From a virus (taxonomy: Duplodnaviria; Caudoviricetes): DNA of 56,794 bases. The stretch covers positions 1 to 56,794 of IMG/VR virus record IMGVR_UViG_3300042862_000073; one strand, written 5' to 3'. The notes under the pieces were generated by a model, which was not told the origin of the DNA, searched no databases, and saw only the letters and a program-made list of their open reading frames with translations. Positions 16,751 to 26,913 of this stretch are shown here, piece after piece. The translations under genes and the position numbers were made by a program. The number at the start of each line of letters is the position of its first letter. Within the stretch, counting starts at the first letter, position 1.

Positions 16751-17008
16751 ATGAGAATCACAGATGAAATCCTAGATGAACTAGGCTTCGAGAAGAAGGA
16801 GACCGTAGGACTATCCTACTTTTATGAGCTAATGATTAGCGATACGGAAGAGTTCGCTCCAATCTATCTAATAACTAAAGAGTTAAGCGATGAGATAGAC
16901 GGATTCTGGACCATACTTCTATGTGATGATGTGAGTATTTCATGGGTAGACGCCGCGCGTTTAAAAGAATTTGTAAAGAATATGCAATACGCTTGTTCAC
17001 ACAAGTAG
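16751..17008 (+). CDS. Hypothetical acidic protein
   Basis: ITDEILDELGF start; A-rich leader. Confidence 0.65.
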   Translation: MRITDEILDELGFEKKETVGLSYFYELMISDTEEFAPIYLITKELSDEIDGFWTILLCDDVSISWVDAARLKEFVKNMQYACSHK

Positions 17009-17063
17009 TTTGTTATATATTAGCTATGCTTTTCATAAGTTTATTTAGTTTATTGGTTAAGAC

Positions 17064-17095
17064 GGGGGGTGTTGTAAGCACCCCTCTTCTTTTTT
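17064..17095 (+). terminator. Rho-independent terminator
   Basis: GGGGGGTG-TTGTAAG-CACCCCTC followed by TTCTTTTTT. Confidence 0.7.
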
Positions 17096-17104
17096 ACATT
17101 CAAC

Positions 17105-17560
17105 ATGAAATGTCAAAATACTGAGTGCCACTGCACTACATTCAATCAAAAGTTCTGTAAGTTCTATCGTCCGGATAAAAAGAAGAAGTCTAGCGGCATC
17201 TCAAAAGTTCGGAAGCCGACAGGAGAAATGGAGGTATTCCAAAAGCTATGGGACGAGCGACCACACACCTGCTTTGTTTCAGGTGATCAGCTAGAGTTCT
17301 CCCACTACATTTGTTTTCATATTCTTGGTAAAGGGGCATACCCCAAGTACCGGTTAAACCCCGACAACATCATCTTTGTTTCAAGGGAGTATCACGATGA
17401 CTGGCATAGCATGACTAAGCCGGAGCTTCTTAAAAAGGATTGTGACTGGCAAAAGGTATTCGATATATACGATAACCTAAAGGAACGTTATATCAAAGAG
17501 GCTAAAGCAGAACTATCAGTATACCTCCAATTAATGCAGAAGGAATCCCAACAAGAGTAG
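17105..17560 (+). CDS. HNH/NinG-like nuclease
   Basis: CFVSG, FHILGKGAYP.YRL..DNI..V...H...H pattern. Confidence 0.65.
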   Translation: MKCQNTECHCTTFNQKFCKFYRPDKKKKSSGISKVRKPTGEMEVFQKLWDERPHTCFVSGDQLEFSHYICFHILGKGAYPKYRLNPDNIIFVSREYHDDWHSMTKPELLKKDCDWQKVFDIYDNLKERYIKEAKAELSVYLQLMQKESQQE

Positions 17561-17897
17561 TAGTACGCCAAAATTTCTTTCGGTTAGTCTGCTTTTCCAC
17601 ATCACCATTAAGCTTCTGAATTGTTCTATCGCGTTCAGCCACTATCATCTTCCATTCATCAATGGTTTTGATTTGGTCAACTATTACCATCTGACTAATA
17701 CTATCGCCACGCGTAAGTAGTGTCACCTGTTTAAGTAGGTAATCTCTTTCGGCTTTCAATTTTAGCAGGGCGCGAACCTCACTAGTCGTTAGACTGACCA
17801 GGGTATCGCTCACCTGCAAGCTCTGCGAGAAGGCTGTGCATGGCTCTACGAAGGCCATTACGATCAAGAGAGTCAATAGCACTAATATTTGCTTCAT
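17502..17897 (-). CDS. Spanin-like lysis accessory protein
   Basis: N-terminal signal, coiled coil, C-terminal TM; last gene of lysis cassette and overlaps upstream gene. Confidence 0.55.
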   Translation of the reverse strand: MKQILVLLTLLIVMAFVEPCTAFSQSLQVSDTLVSLTTSEVRALLKLKAERDYLLKQVTLLTRGDSISQMVIVDQIKTIDEWKMIVAERDRTIQKLNGDVEKQTNRKKFWRTTTLVGIPSALIGGILIVLL

Positions 17898-18138
17898 AAA
17901 TTGCTGTATTGCGTTCTAACTGTTGATTTAATAGATCTATCTCAATCATACGTTGAGTGTTGGTAGCTTCTAGGCTGTCTATAACATGGTTAGCCCTGTC
18001 AGATCTACGTTCATACCCCTGTATTACCTTCTCGTCCGTCTTAATTCTAATGTACATAGTTTGAATTAAGATGCATAGAAATAATGCAGCTGCTACTCCA
18101 ATAGCTAATTTAATTTGTTCCTTCGTCTGTTGTGTCAT
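17782..18138 (-). CDS. i-spanin-like protein
   Basis: Likely start MTQQTK; one N-terminal TM plus coiled coil. Confidence 0.55.
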   Translation of the reverse strand: MTQQTKEQIKLAIGVAAALFLCILIQTMYIRIKTDEKVIQGYERRSDRANHVIDSLEATNTQRMIEIDLLNQQLERNTAIYEANISAIDSLDRNGLRRAMHSLLAELAGERYPGQSND

Positions 18139-18355
18139 TCTGTTTATTTTTTGTAAAGATAGACTCAATTACGGTTAATCCAAGACCTCCACCTGCTAAA
18201 AGTAGAAGTCCGTCAAACATATATTCAGGACATTTATATTCTGTGAATGTGCCTATATAGGACAAGTTGATACAAACAATTAGGGCTAGTATTGCACTAA
18301 CCCTCTTACTACTTGCATCCCCCTCTGCGCTTAACAGCGACTTTAACCATTTCAC
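18110..18355 (-). CDS. Holin-like two-TM protein
   Basis: SSKRV motif, two TM segments, downstream of endolysin. Confidence 0.65.
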   Translation of the reverse strand: MKWLKSLLSAEGDASSKRVSAILALIVCINLSYIGTFTEYKCPEYMFDGLLLLAGGGLGLTVIESIFTKNKQNDTTDEGTN

Positions 18356-18525
18356 TTTTTCCTAGACATTTTTATAATGGTATAGATAGAAGCTATACCC
18401 GAAAGTACAAGGCAAAACATTTTGAGAGCAAACTCAACATCTAACAACCAAGCTGGAACTGATAATAGGATGCTGCTTATTGTGCCTGTTATCCCTTCCG
18501 TTATTTGCTGTTGGTGATTGCTCAT
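18352..18525 (-). CDS. Second holin-like membrane protein (57 aa, not in ORF track)
   Basis: MSNHQQQ...two hydrophobic segments...KMSRKK; overlaps both neighbours. Confidence 0.65.
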   Translation of the reverse strand: MSNHQQQITEGITGTISSILLSVPAWLLDVEFALKMFCLVLSGIASIYTIIKMSRKK

Positions 18526-19079
18526 TATGAGAAGTCTTTTTCGTTAAACAATATGCACGAGAAATATTTTACCCCACTCTTTTCGCATAGCCCTATGAAC
18601 TCATCGTACTCTTTAGGGTTATTTCTCACTAGACATCCGGCACTCCACTTGTCAATTATCCTGCTAATTGCATTGGCATTTGCACGGTGATGGTTAATGC
18701 CATAGTTACCGTAGACAGCTTTACCTATCTGCTCGCTTTTACTGTTCTTATTTGTATCTCTGAATACAGGGACAGGAGCATATTGAACTAGGGCCTTGTA
18801 TTGCCCCTTATGCTTTCCAATCACCCAAGAGTTTAGATGTTGACCTTCTGCAAGTACAGCCGTTCCTTTAGGATTCATAAAGTTCTTCAACCAATGAACT
18901 CCAGGGTTAGTAGTTCCTGTATGCCATGTAACCTGTTCATTATGAACTACACCCATCAGATCATCAAATTGATCAGGAGCATCAGAAGCCGAACGAATGT
19001 TTACCAATTGAAATGGTAGCCATTTGTATCCCTTCTTAGTAGCAATCGCTTTTAATTCCTCTATTGTTGGTGTTTTCAT
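18525..19079 (-). CDS. Putative endolysin with L,D-transpeptidase-like catalytic motif
   Basis: GINHH...WSAGC motif; first gene of the holin/spanin cassette. Confidence 0.7.
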   Translation of the reverse strand: MKTPTIEELKAIATKKGYKWLPFQLVNIRSASDAPDQFDDLMGVVHNEQVTWHTGTTNPGVHWLKNFMNPKGTAVLAEGQHLNSWVIGKHKGQYKALVQYAPVPVFRDTNKNSKSEQIGKAVYGNYGINHHRANANAISRIIDKWSAGCLVRNNPKEYDEFIGLCEKSGVKYFSCILFNEKDFS

Positions 19080-19124
19080 CTTGATTAAATCAACTAGGTA
19101 AAAATAGTGATAAAAGGCATCTGT

Positions 19125-19271
19125 TTATTCAACAACTACCTCTTCTTTTGCACTATTCTGATCCTGTGCAATCTTGTTTAGAAAGTTCAGTAGCGGCAGT
19201 CCAAATTTGGTCGGCATCTCCTGGATAAAAGCTTCAAGCTCTTTTACTTGTGTTTCGTTAAGTGTAATCAT
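19125..19271 (-). CDS. Small protein (48 aa, not in ORF track)
   Basis: MITLNETQVKELEAFIQEMPTKFGLPLLNFL...; ATGA-coupled. Confidence 0.6.
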   Translation of the reverse strand: MITLNETQVKELEAFIQEMPTKFGLPLLNFLNKIAQDQNSAKEEVVVE

Positions 19272-19408
19272 GATATTTGCGTTTGTGTATTTTCGTCAGA
19301 AACTTCTTCTGTTACTGTTTCGTAGTTTCCCCACTCAATAGCTTCCTGCTCATTAAGTGTTTCTATGTAACCGTTCTCGGTTATCATTCTGTACTTTGTT
19401 ATTATCAT
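19268..19408 (-). CDS. Small acidic protein after tail fibre (possible chaperone)
   Basis: Start MIITKY overlaps tail fibre stop. Confidence 0.5.
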   Translation of the reverse strand: MIITKYRMITENGYIETLNEQEAIEWGNYETVTEEVSDENTQTQIS

Positions 19409-21786
19409 CGTGCAGTTGTTAAGATGTTTTCGTACCCAATATAGTCGCAATAAAAACCTCTCGTTGTGATGCCTATTGTTTTGGCTAAACCTGTTTTCAT
19501 AAGAACATATCTGCTATTTGATGCAAGCGGAATGTTGGTTGTATGCGTTGCGATAGCTGTACCATTAACGTAAAATGTAACTGATGTCCCTGCTGCGTTA
19601 ATCTCTATTCTTAACTTATTCCAAGCCGATGCCGTTACTGCCGTAGTTGATGTGGTAAGTGTACGCACTGAGTTAGCAACCGTTACACATTGCCAATTAG
19701 CACTTGCTACCGTTCCATTTGCAGTACCGCCCTCATCGTATGTAATAAATACACCATCTGCTTCTGAGCTATTTGAAATGACTGAGCCAAAGCCAAAAAT
19801 CATTCTATATCTTTCCAGCGCAGTGCTTAAAGTGTTGATGTTAATTAACGCTTCGTAGTTCCATGCACCGCCACCAAACCAAAATTGTGCCGCTCCTGAG
19901 CTGCTGCAATAATTGATGTAATTGGTAGCTACGGTATTCGTTTGAAAAAATGCAACCCCTTGTTGATTTGTTCTGTTAGGAATCTGTGCTCCTACAACTA
20001 AACCCAATGAACCACCCGATGCAAACGATTGAGCCCCGTCTAACGTTGCGTTGGTTAAAAAGTCGGTAAAGAAAGATACCATTCTTTTGCCCTTGTCAAT
20101 AAACGAAAGACTATTCACAGCATCTACAGTTGGGAATTTTACTCCTGTTCCGTCTACTGCAAGTGAGTTCTGTTTGTTCGCTGTGTTCTCGGCTGTGAAT
20201 CCTAACGCGTCTTGTTTTGAATTGAAGGTTGTCCAATCAGCAGAACTCAAAGCACCTCTATTAGCTGCGCTTGCCGTTGGTAAATTGAAGGTGTGTGTAC
20301 TTGTCGCAGACGAAATATCGAAGTCTGTTCCTGTAGTTCCCGTTGCGAAGTTCTGCACCTGTGCCGTTAAGCCATTCAACGCAGTCAATCCCGTTGAGAA
20401 TGTAGTTATAACTTGACAAAGGTGACTGTTTTCGGTGTGAAGTTTAATTGTTTTTCCCGAATTGTTAACGTAGATTCTTACCGCTAACCTATCCGTTAAT
20501 GATAAGGTAGTTCGTGGAATAGCTAATGCGCTAACATAAAGGTCAGTTACTGTTCCATTGGTTATGCCTTCGGGAGTAGCTGAGTTAGAAGCTATCAAAG
20601 ATAATGTAGCTCCATCCCATTTGTATAACTCAATGTAAAATGAAGGTGTACCACCGCTACTTGAAGAACTGAAATATGTTTCGAAGTTCCAATTGCCTGC
20701 TGGTATTTCTAACTGATTCGGAACGTTAGCATCTGTGATAAAACTTTGAATGTAGCCATTCGTTGCAATCGTGAAATCTGTTCCTGCACCCAAGATAGGT
20801 GTCCTGTCCATTTCTCTAAAAGCCACACCACCAAATGTTCCTTGCGATACCGAACCGTTCAAATAGAATGACAATGAAGCACCACCACCTGTAGAAGATG
20901 GAAAGTTAGCTAAGCTACCATCTCCTCTCACATATTGAGATACTGTTCCTGCTCCTGTTACATCTAAACTTCCAGACGATGTAATAGGACTATTTGCTAC
21001 GCTAAATGCTGATGGCATTGTTAACGCGACGCTTGTAACCGTTCCTGTAGGTAGAGTAGGGAAGGTAGCTAAAGTACCATCACCTCTAATGTATTCAGCA
21101 GTTGTCCCTGTTGGATCATCAAATTTAGCGTCTAGGGCGGCTTGCAAATCCGTCTGTGCTGCAAGAGTTCCGGTAATTCCTCCCCATACGGCAGATCCCC
21201 CACCCATAGAGACGTAAGCTGCTCCGTCCCAAACATATGGCTCGGGAACGCTCATGTCAATATAAATGACATTGGCTGAACCTGTTACCGGGAATAATGC
21301 AAAACTTGCATATTGCTCGACACCTGTTGATACAAGTAGCTGATAGCTAGTTCCATCCCAAAAATAGGCGTGATTTAAACTCTCGTCAATGTATATTACC
21401 GCCTCCTGTCCTGTTGCCGGGAAGGATGCGAAGTTAGGATATACAGCTACAACGCCACCAACAAAGCTGGCGCCGCCGTTCTTATTAACAAGTACATACT
21501 CACAAACATCTCTATATACCTCATTCAACTTAGCTGAATAGGTAGATGGATTAAAGAAGCGTGAGTCTAATATTGAATATGGTAGACTAAAGGTAGCCGA
21601 CTCAATAGCAGTCAGCTGATATACATAGAATGAAATTGTCTTGTCATCACCGTCAAAGATGATTTGACCATCGTTAACCTTAGCTCCGTTTAAGTTCTGA
21701 AGATTGGTAATTAAGGTGTTGTTAGTCCCATAAAATGAGATTGAACCATTACCATTTATATATATCCTAACGGGAGTTATATTCAT
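19405..21786 (-). CDS. Tail fibre / receptor-binding protein
   Basis: G/T/S/A-rich; WGGITGTL..QTDL, YIRGDGTLA x2, GTVTSV, RGALSSADW fibre motifs; C-terminal lectin-like beta domain. Confidence 0.85.
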   Translation of the reverse strand: MNITPVRIYINGNGSISFYGTNNTLITNLQNLNGAKVNDGQIIFDGDDKTISFYVYQLTAIESATFSLPYSILDSRFFNPSTYSAKLNEVYRDVCEYVLVNKNGGASFVGGVVAVYPNFASFPATGQEAVIYIDESLNHAYFWDGTSYQLLVSTGVEQYASFALFPVTGSANVIYIDMSVPEPYVWDGAAYVSMGGGSAVWGGITGTLAAQTDLQAALDAKFDDPTGTTAEYIRGDGTLATFPTLPTGTVTSVALTMPSAFSVANSPITSSGSLDVTGAGTVSQYVRGDGSLANFPSSTGGGASLSFYLNGSVSQGTFGGVAFREMDRTPILGAGTDFTIATNGYIQSFITDANVPNQLEIPAGNWNFETYFSSSSSGGTPSFYIELYKWDGATLSLIASNSATPEGITNGTVTDLYVSALAIPRTTLSLTDRLAVRIYVNNSGKTIKLHTENSHLCQVITTFSTGLTALNGLTAQVQNFATGTTGTDFDISSATSTHTFNLPTASAANRGALSSADWTTFNSKQDALGFTAENTANKQNSLAVDGTGVKFPTVDAVNSLSFIDKGKRMVSFFTDFLTNATLDGAQSFASGGSLGLVVGAQIPNRTNQQGVAFFQTNTVATNYINYCSSSGAAQFWFGGGAWNYEALININTLSTALERYRMIFGFGSVISNSSEADGVFITYDEGGTANGTVASANWQCVTVANSVRTLTTSTTAVTASAWNKLRIEINAAGTSVTFYVNGTAIATHTTNIPLASNSRYVLMKTGLAKTIGITTRGFYCDYIGYENILTTAR

Positions 21787-22552
21787 CTGTCAAAGTTTGT
21801 ATTTCTTCATCGGAAGCCGCGAAGCAAAACAAAAGTAGTGATGAATAGACCTCCTTATATAGGCTACTTTCAAATTCTTTTTCACCTATGCCATTGATAG
21901 TTAGGAGGGTAAATAGTTCCTGCGCCTCCGAGTTTGATCGGACAGCTACCGGTTGTTTTACACTCTTATACTCTATCCTTTTGGCTGGTCTTTTTTCCGA
22001 CTGCTTAACAAGTGCTACGTCATTAGGGAATAGAAAGTCGGCCAACTTATTCTTAGTCAAACGCTCTCCGCTATTGATAAGCAAGTCACGATACGACTTA
22101 ACATCATCCGTTTCTATGCCTCTTCTCTCCATCTCACGGATTGCAAACTCGACATTCGGAGCCGCAAGAACGTCCCTCTTAGACCACGATGATTCAGCGT
22201 AGGTGTAGTCGGCTTTTCCACTATCATTAAATGTAGGGTTAAATCCCATCAAATGTAAACATTGCGTCAAGGCGCAAAGCTCAGCTTTAATGTAGGCATC
22301 CATGTCCCGACCTACACGTGCAGCATAGCCCGTTTCAATCCACTCCTGACCATCAATCCATTCGCCATTAACTAGGTCAAGCTGCATGATTCTAATGGAC
22401 ACGGCACAATGGTCGGAAGCCATCTTGCGTGAGGTCTGCTCAATTACGTAGCTGACAGTTTCGGAAGCCGCCTCCTGATAAATAAATTGTTTAACACGAT
22501 TCACTGCCTCCTGTTCTGGCGTGAATGGATTACCTACCTGTAAATTTAACAT
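21767..22552 (-). CDS. Hypothetical protein, N-terminus weakly Rad52/ERF-like
   Basis: TGYA...KAELCALTQCLHLMGF resembles the 'AETxAxxRAL..G' annealing-protein signature. Confidence 0.45.
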   Translation of the reverse strand: MLNLQVGNPFTPEQEAVNRVKQFIYQEAASETVSYVIEQTSRKMASDHCAVSIRIMQLDLVNGEWIDGQEWIETGYAARVGRDMDAYIKAELCALTQCLHLMGFNPTFNDSGKADYTYAESSWSKRDVLAAPNVEFAIREMERRGIETDDVKSYRDLLINSGERLTKNKLADFLFPNDVALVKQSEKRPAKRIEYKSVKQPVAVRSNSEAQELFTLLTINGIGEKEFESSLYKEVYSSLLLFCFAASDEEIQTLTDEYNSR

Positions 22553-22557
22553 ATTGC

Positions 22558-25500
22558 CTACTTTAATGTTGAGTTCAAAAAGTCTTGATATTCCTGTTGG
22601 TTCTTATATCCAAGCATCTCTAGCATCTCAGGAGTTAATGTTCTAATGTGATACTTACCTTTTATTAGATTTTCAGATGAAACATCAAATGCTGCAATTC
22701 CTCCTAATGATTTATACTTCAATGAATTGTCAATCTTCTTGGAAATTTCAGATCCAGGTACACCTGTCGCGTAAAGAGATGTAGCATACTTTCTAATATC
22801 ATCCTGCATTCTCCATAGGTGAACATTTGCCTGATTGATATTTTCTATATTCTCTTTTAGGAAATCCTTTCTAATATTATCGTCACCCTTTCCCTTAGCT
22901 TTAATCATAGCCTGCTCATACTTATACTCAATGTTGTTTATCTCATTAAGTTGTTCAGTAATTTTAGGAGTGTAATTACCTTGTAATTTACTTGAGAATG
23001 AATTTAACGTATTTATCTTCTGCTCTTTAAATCCTAGAAACTCACTTCTTAAAAGCTCTCCTGTTGTCTTTTTACCTTTATCATATTCAGGATCAACACC
23101 AACAGAATTATATAAATCATATCCAAATGTAGCAATACCAGGGACAAGATTTCTCATAGCCCACGGTGTAGCGTCAGAGAACTTCTTATACCACGGATCC
23201 ATTTCATCGTATAGCTTTCCACCTCTACCATCATCATTACTATCCCATTGTTTAGCTATCGTATAAACACCCTCTTGACCTAGGAATGGTTCTAATAAAG
23301 CCCATGCCCCCTGCATAGTAGGGTACTTTTCAGGATCGTATTTATCAGTTCTAACATATGCGTTACGTGCCTTGTAGAATAGGTTCCAAGGGTTTAAGAA
23401 GTCAAGCTCAAATGCAGTCATTTCACCCGGCTTACTTCCTGTGATTAATCTTGAATTGTTCTTAGCGTAATCGGGAGCCCCTTCATACAATACTCTTTCC
23501 TCATCTTCATCAGGCGGTTCAACTCCAGTTAAAGCTTTGATAAGACCTGCTCCAACCAATCCCCCTAGTCCAGAAGCTAAAACACCAGTAGATGTAAAAC
23601 CAACTAATCTTCTAACTCCAATTAATGTTTGCGCTACATTCTTGTTTTTAGCTCCTTCCGTTATATCTCGAATAGCCATTCTAGGGATAGTAATAGCTGT
23701 TCTAATAGATTCAGAAGCAAAGGTTGGGAATGTACCTACAAATGGCGAAGCCGCTAGACGCTTAACTATATTAGGAGCCTTATCATAGGTAACGTGTGTT
23801 TCTCTGAATCTTTCGGCTGCCAACTTTTTAAGTTCAGCATCAGACAAATTAGGAAACATCTTCTTACAGTCGTCAAGCTCAGACATATATGCCGTAACAC
23901 GCCATACATTATCCATAAACTCATATACTTTTGAAGCTGTAGCTCCCGTCTTTTTAACTGCAAACTTAGCTTTATCTACAATAGAATCAGTATCTTTAAT
24001 AGACTCAATTCCATCGTCATATATTGAACTTACAAAACCAGTAACGGTATCTTTTAATTCTTTAGACATACCACTATTAATAACTCCTAATGCAACAAGT
24101 TCATTGTTCATCTCACTAGGGTTTCTGAATAGTTCTTTTACAGCAAGAGATATACCTCCACCCTCTTTCCCCTTACCAAAGCTAATCATATTACCTAAAA
24201 GGCGGCCATTAGCTGTTTGGAAGAAGAAGTTAGACGTAAAGTTACGTATGGTTGTCTTGATAGACCCAACAGTTTTGAAGGCCTTCCAGTATGAAGCTAC
24301 ATTCCTAAGCAACTCAACTTTCATAGAGTTGTCTGTGCCTCTTAATAGGTCTGCAATCTCAGGCGTAGTATAAAGACCAGCCATTGGACTATAGGTATCA
24401 GTACCTGCAATCTGCTCATTAAAATCAACAGTAGGCTTGTCAAAGAAGATTTTGTTCATGCCCATATCCTTGAGCTTATTCAAAAACTTCTTGTTCTCAG
24501 CATACTTAATCATGTTCTCCATTGTGTGGTAGAACTTCTGAACCGGATCTTTGTACTCTCCGAAGAAGGCACGTAGTTCAGGTGGCATGTCTTGGCGGCG
24601 TTTCAAAAGATCGTCTACCGCTGTCCCCATCTTACCCTTCATCTCTTGTAGAGGGTCCTTCTGTTCATTGCTTAATCGAGCATACTCCTTTAGTTTAGCG
24701 TCAGCTTCCTCGGGACTTAAATTATATTCACCTGTAATATAATCTATAGCCTGACGATAAACAGCATTCATCTCTGGGCTTCTTCCCGACTCTTCAAAAT
24801 TAAGCGGAGTATTCTTTCCTTTAGGAAACATAGATTCGTTCCAACGTGAGTCCTTAAATGCGGCGTAACCACGATTCAAATAGATCCCCATATTTGCATC
24901 TATAATACCATATAGTTCAGATGTTGGATCAATACTAGCTTGAATCTCTTTTGACAGAGCGTCAATAGAAGCTCTCATCCTTTCAACGGTATTCATAAGA
25001 TCCGTAGCTGTTGGATACATAGCTTTTAAATCGGCTATATCCATTGCTACTAGCATTGGTTTACCGCTTGATGATAACGCTGGTCCTGCGACTTGTTTAC
25101 CACCTAAATAATCACTGATATTTTTTATTAAATCATCCTTCTCAGCATCAGTCATGTCCTTCGTAAAATCCTTGAAGTCATTTCTGAACTTGAATACGTT
25201 ATCTCGAATCTGCCTCATATCTCTTTCGATAGTATTAGCTCGTTCGATATTCATTTCGGTTATCTTTTTTTGGTAGGCGGTAGAGAACCAGAACTTCAAC
25301 ATTGACTTAGCATTGCTAAAGTTTCTAGGGACCATAGTCTTAAACACGCGAGTCTTACCCATTTTGGAAACCGCCTTATCCATCCACCCTTGTTTAGCTC
25401 CAAGTAGTCCACCTGGAACACTAATAAAAGGACCGTTATTTATTATATCCTGAAGATCTAAATTAGACACGGTAGATATAGGCTTCGAACCCATCAAAGA

Positions 25501-26913
25501 TTTACCTGCAATATCTGCGTAGTCTTTAATAGTCATCTCAAGGAAGTCGTAATTCTTAGACATTCCAAACACCTTGTTTAGAAACTCTCCAAACTTCTTG
25601 ATAGCATCTCTAATCTTTTGACCAAAGGTTCTATCATTGTAGGCGTTTGCCCTATCTTTAATTGCCTCTGCGGCTGCACGTTGTAGGATCTGCTCCTCCG
25701 ACATTGCCGGGAAGCCTTGAGCCTGCATATCTGCATCAGCCTGTCTTGCGTCTGTTTCGTATTGCGTACCCTTAACTGCCTCAATCATCTGCTTATATAC
25801 GGCTGAATCCTTGCCCTTTGCAAGCTCCATCCATACATAACCTAGACTTGTGATAGAAGCATCATCGTTGGTTGTTGCAACTGGGTCAACGACAACCTCT
25901 CCGTTATTTACAATAGCCACTACGTTACCTGACGCGTCAGTAATACGTACTGATTCAGGGTCCGAAAGGAGCTGATTAAATCTATTTCCGTCTATCTGAA
26001 TATTAACATTTGGAAGAGAGGATATTGTTGCATTTACAGCACCTTGAATGTTTGACAAGTTAGGTGTGACTACACCTGTTGTCTGCTCTTTTGATTGAAC
26101 TGATGGGTCTGTTATTTGTATCTGATTGTTATTGAAAACAATATAGCTATCATTCCCCTTATCTTCAACAGTATTTGAATAGACAATGCCATCAAAACCC
26201 TTGCTTTTTAAATAGGCTTCTATCCATCTGTTTTGAACATCAACTCTTGCTGCTGAAGGATATTCTTGAGGCTCATCGCTTAATACTCCATCACCATTTT
26301 CATCATAGACAGTTTTTAAATTGTCATCGTAAAAATCATCAATGTCTGTTTCAAAAGCTGCTGAAACATCTTCAGAAAGAGTACCTTTATCAACTCCTTC
26401 AAATATTTTCTTCAGAACTTCATATCCCTTCCATGAAGGCATCCTCTCAAACTCTTCTAGTCTAATTGGATTCTTAATATCTATATTAACTGAAATTGTT
26501 CTTGGATTTGAAACATCTATGGATTTTTTTCTAGATTCAAAATCTGGATTTGTTTCAAAATTAACTAAATCGTCTATTCTGTTTTGAGCAGCACCACGTG
26601 TTCCAAAATGATATCCAACATCATAATTTGTGGAATTAGCTAAATTAAATTCCGTAAAAGGAGTTGCTCCCTTAGGTGTAAATGTTCCGTGATATAAAGT
26701 TAATGGATTACCATTTTCATCTACAACTGTATTTCCAGAAGCCGCTGAAAACATTTGCTCCTTAGACCTAATAGAAGGACTTGACACCACTTTCATTGAA
26801 GGAATGTCAATGCCCATATTCTTAGCATCACGGTCAAACTCTCCGGCAAGCATAGCTGCCTTTAGCTCCGATTCCGTGAACTCCTTTCCGTTATAGTAAT
26901 ATTTACAAGCCAT
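22558..26913 (-). CDS. Giant virion/ejection polyvalent protein with ART-PolyVal-like domain
   Basis: 1451 aa; VVDENGNPLTLYHGT, GYHFG, IKNP, GFDGIVY, YIVFNNNQI; degenerate zincin region; helical C-terminal ejection-protein-like region. Confidence 0.75.
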   Translation of the reverse strand: MACKYYYNGKEFTESELKAAMLAGEFDRDAKNMGIDIPSMKVVSSPSIRSKEQMFSAASGNTVVDENGNPLTLYHGTFTPKGATPFTEFNLANSTNYDVGYHFGTRGAAQNRIDDLVNFETNPDFESRKKSIDVSNPRTISVNIDIKNPIRLEEFERMPSWKGYEVLKKIFEGVDKGTLSEDVSAAFETDIDDFYDDNLKTVYDENGDGVLSDEPQEYPSAARVDVQNRWIEAYLKSKGFDGIVYSNTVEDKGNDSYIVFNNNQIQITDPSVQSKEQTTGVVTPNLSNIQGAVNATISSLPNVNIQIDGNRFNQLLSDPESVRITDASGNVVAIVNNGEVVVDPVATTNDDASITSLGYVWMELAKGKDSAVYKQMIEAVKGTQYETDARQADADMQAQGFPAMSEEQILQRAAAEAIKDRANAYNDRTFGQKIRDAIKKFGEFLNKVFGMSKNYDFLEMTIKDYADIAGKSLMGSKPISTVSNLDLQDIINNGPFISVPGGLLGAKQGWMDKAVSKMGKTRVFKTMVPRNFSNAKSMLKFWFSTAYQKKITEMNIERANTIERDMRQIRDNVFKFRNDFKDFTKDMTDAEKDDLIKNISDYLGGKQVAGPALSSSGKPMLVAMDIADLKAMYPTATDLMNTVERMRASIDALSKEIQASIDPTSELYGIIDANMGIYLNRGYAAFKDSRWNESMFPKGKNTPLNFEESGRSPEMNAVYRQAIDYITGEYNLSPEEADAKLKEYARLSNEQKDPLQEMKGKMGTAVDDLLKRRQDMPPELRAFFGEYKDPVQKFYHTMENMIKYAENKKFLNKLKDMGMNKIFFDKPTVDFNEQIAGTDTYSPMAGLYTTPEIADLLRGTDNSMKVELLRNVASYWKAFKTVGSIKTTIRNFTSNFFFQTANGRLLGNMISFGKGKEGGGISLAVKELFRNPSEMNNELVALGVINSGMSKELKDTVTGFVSSIYDDGIESIKDTDSIVDKAKFAVKKTGATASKVYEFMDNVWRVTAYMSELDDCKKMFPNLSDAELKKLAAERFRETHVTYDKAPNIVKRLAASPFVGTFPTFASESIRTAITIPRMAIRDITEGAKNKNVAQTLIGVRRLVGFTSTGVLASGLGGLVGAGLIKALTGVEPPDEDEERVLYEGAPDYAKNNSRLITGSKPGEMTAFELDFLNPWNLFYKARNAYVRTDKYDPEKYPTMQGAWALLEPFLGQEGVYTIAKQWDSNDDGRGGKLYDEMDPWYKKFSDATPWAMRNLVPGIATFGYDLYNSVGVDPEYDKGKKTTGELLRSEFLGFKEQKINTLNSFSSKLQGNYTPKITEQLNEINNIEYKYEQAMIKAKGKGDDNIRKDFLKENIENINQANVHLWRMQDDIRKYATSLYATGVPGSEISKKIDNSLKYKSLGGIAAFDVSSENLIKGKYHIRTLTPEMLEMLGYKNQQEYQDFLNSTLK

